A stretch of DNA of 32,000 nt, from contig CANNEA010000011.1 of NCBI GenBank assembly GCA_947503525.1, positions 110,547 to 142,546 of the forward strand, read 5' to 3'. The translations under genes and the position numbers were made by a program. Positions 29,420 through 32,000 of this stretch are shown in pieces; position 1 is the first letter of the stretch; every line of letters begins with the position of its first letter. The stretch is from an uncultured Carboxylicivirga sp. (GTDB lineage Bacteria; Bacteroidota; Bacteroidia; Bacteroidales; Marinilabiliaceae). Under the pieces are notes generated by a model, which had not been told where the DNA came from, did not search any database, and saw nothing but the letters and a program-made list of their open reading frames with translations.

Positions 29420-30868
29420 ATGCCAAAACCGAACACTCGACAATTCAGAAGTTTATTTAAAGATGATGCCGTTTGGGGCGAACAGGAAGTGATCAAGTTT
29501 CGTTGGTTCCTTATTGCCGTAATAATTGTCTTTATAATTTACATCTATATCTCTGGAGACAGGAGTCGTGCTCTCACTTCACTTTTGTTGGCCAGCGTAT
29601 ATATCTTCTACAATTCGGTACTCAACCTCTTATTAAAGAAATACGGCAGTGCGCCATGGATTCGTTTTGTATCCACCGGTTTCGACATTACGATTCTATC
29701 CTTACATATCTTTAATTACTCCTACTTTTTTCAAGCCATTGCAGTTGCAACAGCGGCCTCTACCTTTCTTTATCCAATTCTGATGCTTCTATCCGTTTTG
29801 AGATATGACGGGCGCTTGCTTGTGTTTTCCACCGTCTATTCTATTTTTTGTTTTAATCTTATTTATATCATACGCCTGCCTCATATCGATACGCAATTAA
29901 TTGAGCAGGTGGCTTCTGCCAATTGGTCTGGCCAGATTTACAAGAGTACCTATTTACTTTTGATGGGTTACTTTTTATTTAGCATACCTAAAATGATTAA
30001 GAGACTGGTTGAAAAACAATTGGTGAGCATTCAACAGCAGAATAAGGTTGAAATGGATTTGGCACTGGAGAAGCAAAAGAAAGATCTGGCACTTTCGCAG
30101 TTGAAGAAAGAACAAATCTTAAATCAGCGTTTAGAAGAACATCAGGCCACCATTGAACAGCAGAAGATGAACTTAGAAGAAGCCATTGCGGTGAAAGATA
30201 AGTTGTTCAGCATAATTGGTCATGATCTTAAATCTCCCTTTGCAGCCCAGACATCAATTATAGATTTATTGGTTGCTGACTACAAGTCCTATAATAGCGA
30301 TGATGTTATTTCCATAATGAAAACCATTAAGCATTCGGCCCATCAAGGATTGGAATTGCTTGATAATCTGCTGGACTGGTCAAAACAGCAAAACAATCTG
30401 ATCAATCCTAAAGCCGAAAACGTTTCAATTAATGATTCTGTAAATAATACGGTTGCCTTATTACAGCAAACGATTATTCATAAAAGACTTAGAATATTAC
30501 AATTTGTTGATCCGGAATTGAACATTCATACAGATATGAATATCCTCAATACCATTCTTAGGAACATACTTTCCAATGCCATAAAATTCTCCTATCCCGA
30601 TGGTAAAATTAGTATCGATTCCAGACAAGAAAACTCACATATATACATTGACATATGTGATACCGGTGTAGGAATGAGTGCTGAACACCTGACTAAATTA
30701 TTTGTACCCGATAAAAAATGCTCTACCCCGGGAACTCAAAACGAACCTGGCACCGGATTGGGATTATTTCTGTGTAAAGACCTTGCTAAACGCATAAATG
30801 CCGAAATAATGGTTAAAAGTAAGCCCGGACTTGGCAGTACATTTTCGGTAGTATTTACGAATAACTAA
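29420..30868 (+). CDS. Membrane-bound sensor histidine kinase (multi-TM N-domain, coiled coil, HisKA, HATPase_c)
   Basis: The track ORF is 29363..30868. I prefer the Met at 29420 (MPKPNTRQF...) because 29363-29419 is extremely AT-rich and contains a TAnnTTTG box. About 5-6 TM helices are followed by a coiled coil. The H-box is FSIIGHDLKSP, the N-box LRNILSNAIKFS and the G-boxes DTGVGM / GTGLGL. Confidence 0.85.
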   Translation: MPKPNTRQFRSLFKDDAVWGEQEVIKFRWFLIAVIIVFIIYIYISGDRSRALTSLLLASVYIFYNSVLNLLLKKYGSAPWIRFVSTGFDITILSLHIFNYSYFFQAIAVATAASTFLYPILMLLSVLRYDGRLLVFSTVYSIFCFNLIYIIRLPHIDTQLIEQVASANWSGQIYKSTYLLLMGYFLFSIPKMIKRLVEKQLVSIQQQNKVEMDLALEKQKKDLALSQLKKEQILNQRLEEHQATIEQQKMNLEEAIAVKDKLFSIIGHDLKSPFAAQTSIIDLLVADYKSYNSDDVISIMKTIKHSAHQGLELLDNLLDWSKQQNNLINPKAENVSINDSVNNTVALLQQTIIHKRLRILQFVDPELNIHTDMNILNTILRNILSNAIKFSYPDGKISIDSRQENSHIYIDICDTGVGMSAEHLTKLFVPDKKCSTPGTQNEPGTGLGLFLCKDLAKRINAEIMVKSKPGLGSTFSVVFTNN

Positions 30869-31176
30869 GCCCTTTTATTGACGGCATTTTAAAGACTGCA
30901 TTGCTGGCAAAAGCTAAAAACAGACCTCATAGCTATTAATTCGTTTTGTTGGAATCGGCAAACAATAAGCTCAGCAGAAGTTGATAAGCGCTAAGTGTTT
31001 TACATTATTAATCTACAATAAAAGCACGCTTATCCTCAATATCAATCCATTTATCAACAAAACTGAATTTTACTCCTAAAAAAGGTGTTACGATTCTCAC
31101 TATTTGACATTAACCTATATACACAACATTCAGGTTTGGTAAATAATTGTGGCTATAAAAAAGAATTAGACTATCA

Positions 31177-31258
31177 ACGAAAGCAATTCAATAGGAATAG
31201 GTGGGTTGATCGGGGCTGTGATGGACATGATAAGAGGAAGTTAAATGATTGCTTTCGT
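31177..31258. repeat. 11-bp perfect inverted repeat enclosing a 60-nt purine-rich segment, upstream of the unknown gene
   Basis: acgaaagcaat (31177-31187) and attgctttcgt (31248-31258) are exact reverse complements. A nested 5-bp helix tcaat/gttga (31188-31192 / 31205-31209) is possible, and a second small hairpin gtgct/agcac follows at 31257-31278. Confidence 0.5.
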
Positions 31259-31315
31259 GCTATAATTGGAATCAGCACAAAACAATAATGTAGTTTAACT
31301 TTAAAAACATGTTTT

Positions 31316-31981
31316 ATGAGAAATTCTGAAACGGGCAGAGCCAGCAAGCTGCAAGGTTTTGCCAATTTAATAATCATGACGGAAGGCATGGCCAATTATG
31401 CTCCTCCGACTGAAGATCTTCAATTGGAACATCTTAATGTTGTAAGAACAAAAGCTGAGACAGCACATCAAGCTGTTAGCGAAGCTACAGCTTTGTGTCA
31501 AGAAGCCCGAGGGATCCGAAACACAGCGATGCAACCGTTAAACAGAACAGTAAATAGCATTAAAGATTTGATCGGCTCCATGGGTTTATCGAATGATGTT
31601 AATGAGGGTGTAAAAAGTCTGTGTTATTCGATTACCGGTAATAAAAAATTATCGCAATTGGGCTTTGATGCCCGCATTGATCATTTTTCACAACTGATTG
31701 ATGTATTGAAAGGACAGACCAAATACAATCCGAACAGAACCGAACTACAAGTGAATAGTTTAGAAGCTATGCGGGATGGTCTGTTAAAGGAAATGCAAAA
31801 TGTAAATACTTGTGAGATTGCATTAAAAAGTGCACAGCGTGAACAGAAAGAAGCCTTTAGTGGTGAAACAGGTTTATATGGCATCACTCGCAGGGTGAAA
31901 TTATATCTAAAGAGCATCTTTGGAACGCGCAGTCCGGAATATAAGGCGGTTGTGCGCATTACGAAGGTTATCACCTCATAA
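31316..31981 (+). CDS. Hypothetical protein, predicted all-alpha, no family recognised
   Basis: 221-aa ORF with coding-like composition. It has no TM segment or signal peptide and heptad-like helical stretches. The start is uncertain; in-frame Met codons at 31376 and 31388 are alternatives. The antisense ORF 31681..31974 is judged spurious. Confidence 0.65.
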   Translation: MRNSETGRASKLQGFANLIIMTEGMANYAPPTEDLQLEHLNVVRTKAETAHQAVSEATALCQEARGIRNTAMQPLNRTVNSIKDLIGSMGLSNDVNEGVKSLCYSITGNKKLSQLGFDARIDHFSQLIDVLKGQTKYNPNRTELQVNSLEAMRDGLLKEMQNVNTCEIALKSAQREQKEAFSGETGLYGITRRVKLYLKSIFGTRSPEYKAVVRITKVITS

Positions 31982-32000
31982 GTAATTCTTTATTTTATAC

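Noticed and set aside
31085-31395. Overlapping small ORFs 31085-31288 (+, GTG start) and 31174-31395 (-) in the long intergenic region
   Set aside because: They are mutually antisense and Arg/Lys/Asn-rich or low-complexity, and they span the inverted repeat. Nothing supports coding over chance.

Overview
The window reads as an ordinary chromosomal segment of a Bacteroidota genome, roughly 38-40% GC by eye. Supporting signs are SusC/SusD, FecR/ECF-sigma, TonB-dependent receptors, a PKD-repeat surface protein, and TAnnTTTG-type promoter boxes with no Shine-Dalgarno sequences.

Gene content, left to right:
- The 5' 4.37 kb of a very large minus-strand PKD-repeat surface protein gene. It is missing from the supplied ORF track because it runs off the left edge.
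- A monofunctional proline dehydrogenase, convergent with a MATE efflux pump.
- A small oxidative-stress cluster: a Mn-type SOD, an Fe-type SOD and a nitroreductase, each with its own terminator.
- A secreted protein of unknown function, then folE.
- A TonB-dependent receptor with a DUF4249-like lipoprotein.
- A long minus-strand block: AGCS amino-acid symporter, ECF sigma, FecR anti-sigma, SusC (with STN signalling domain), SusD, terminator, a split LysO/DUF340 pair, a GH2 beta-galactosidase, a GH63/YgjK-like hydrolase, terminator.
- An orphan membrane histidine kinase, a 447-bp gene-free gap, and a 221-aa protein I cannot place in any family.

I found no tRNA or rRNA genes, no CRISPR array, no transposase or integrase, and no recognisable defence or toxin cluster. 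I cannot honestly claim a novel multi-gene system here.

The least explained signals are:
1. A strong plus-strand intrinsic terminator with a TAnnTTTG box, antisense to the susC leader. This could be a DonS-like cis-antisense sRNA.
2. The terminal unknown gene and its long upstream region, which carries an 11-bp perfect inverted repeat.
3. A ~125-aa insertion in the AGCS transporter.
4. The adjacent Mn-type and Fe-type SOD paralogues.
5. An intrinsic terminator ending 12 nt before the LysO start codon.

All family calls come from motif recognition by eye. No database search was run.
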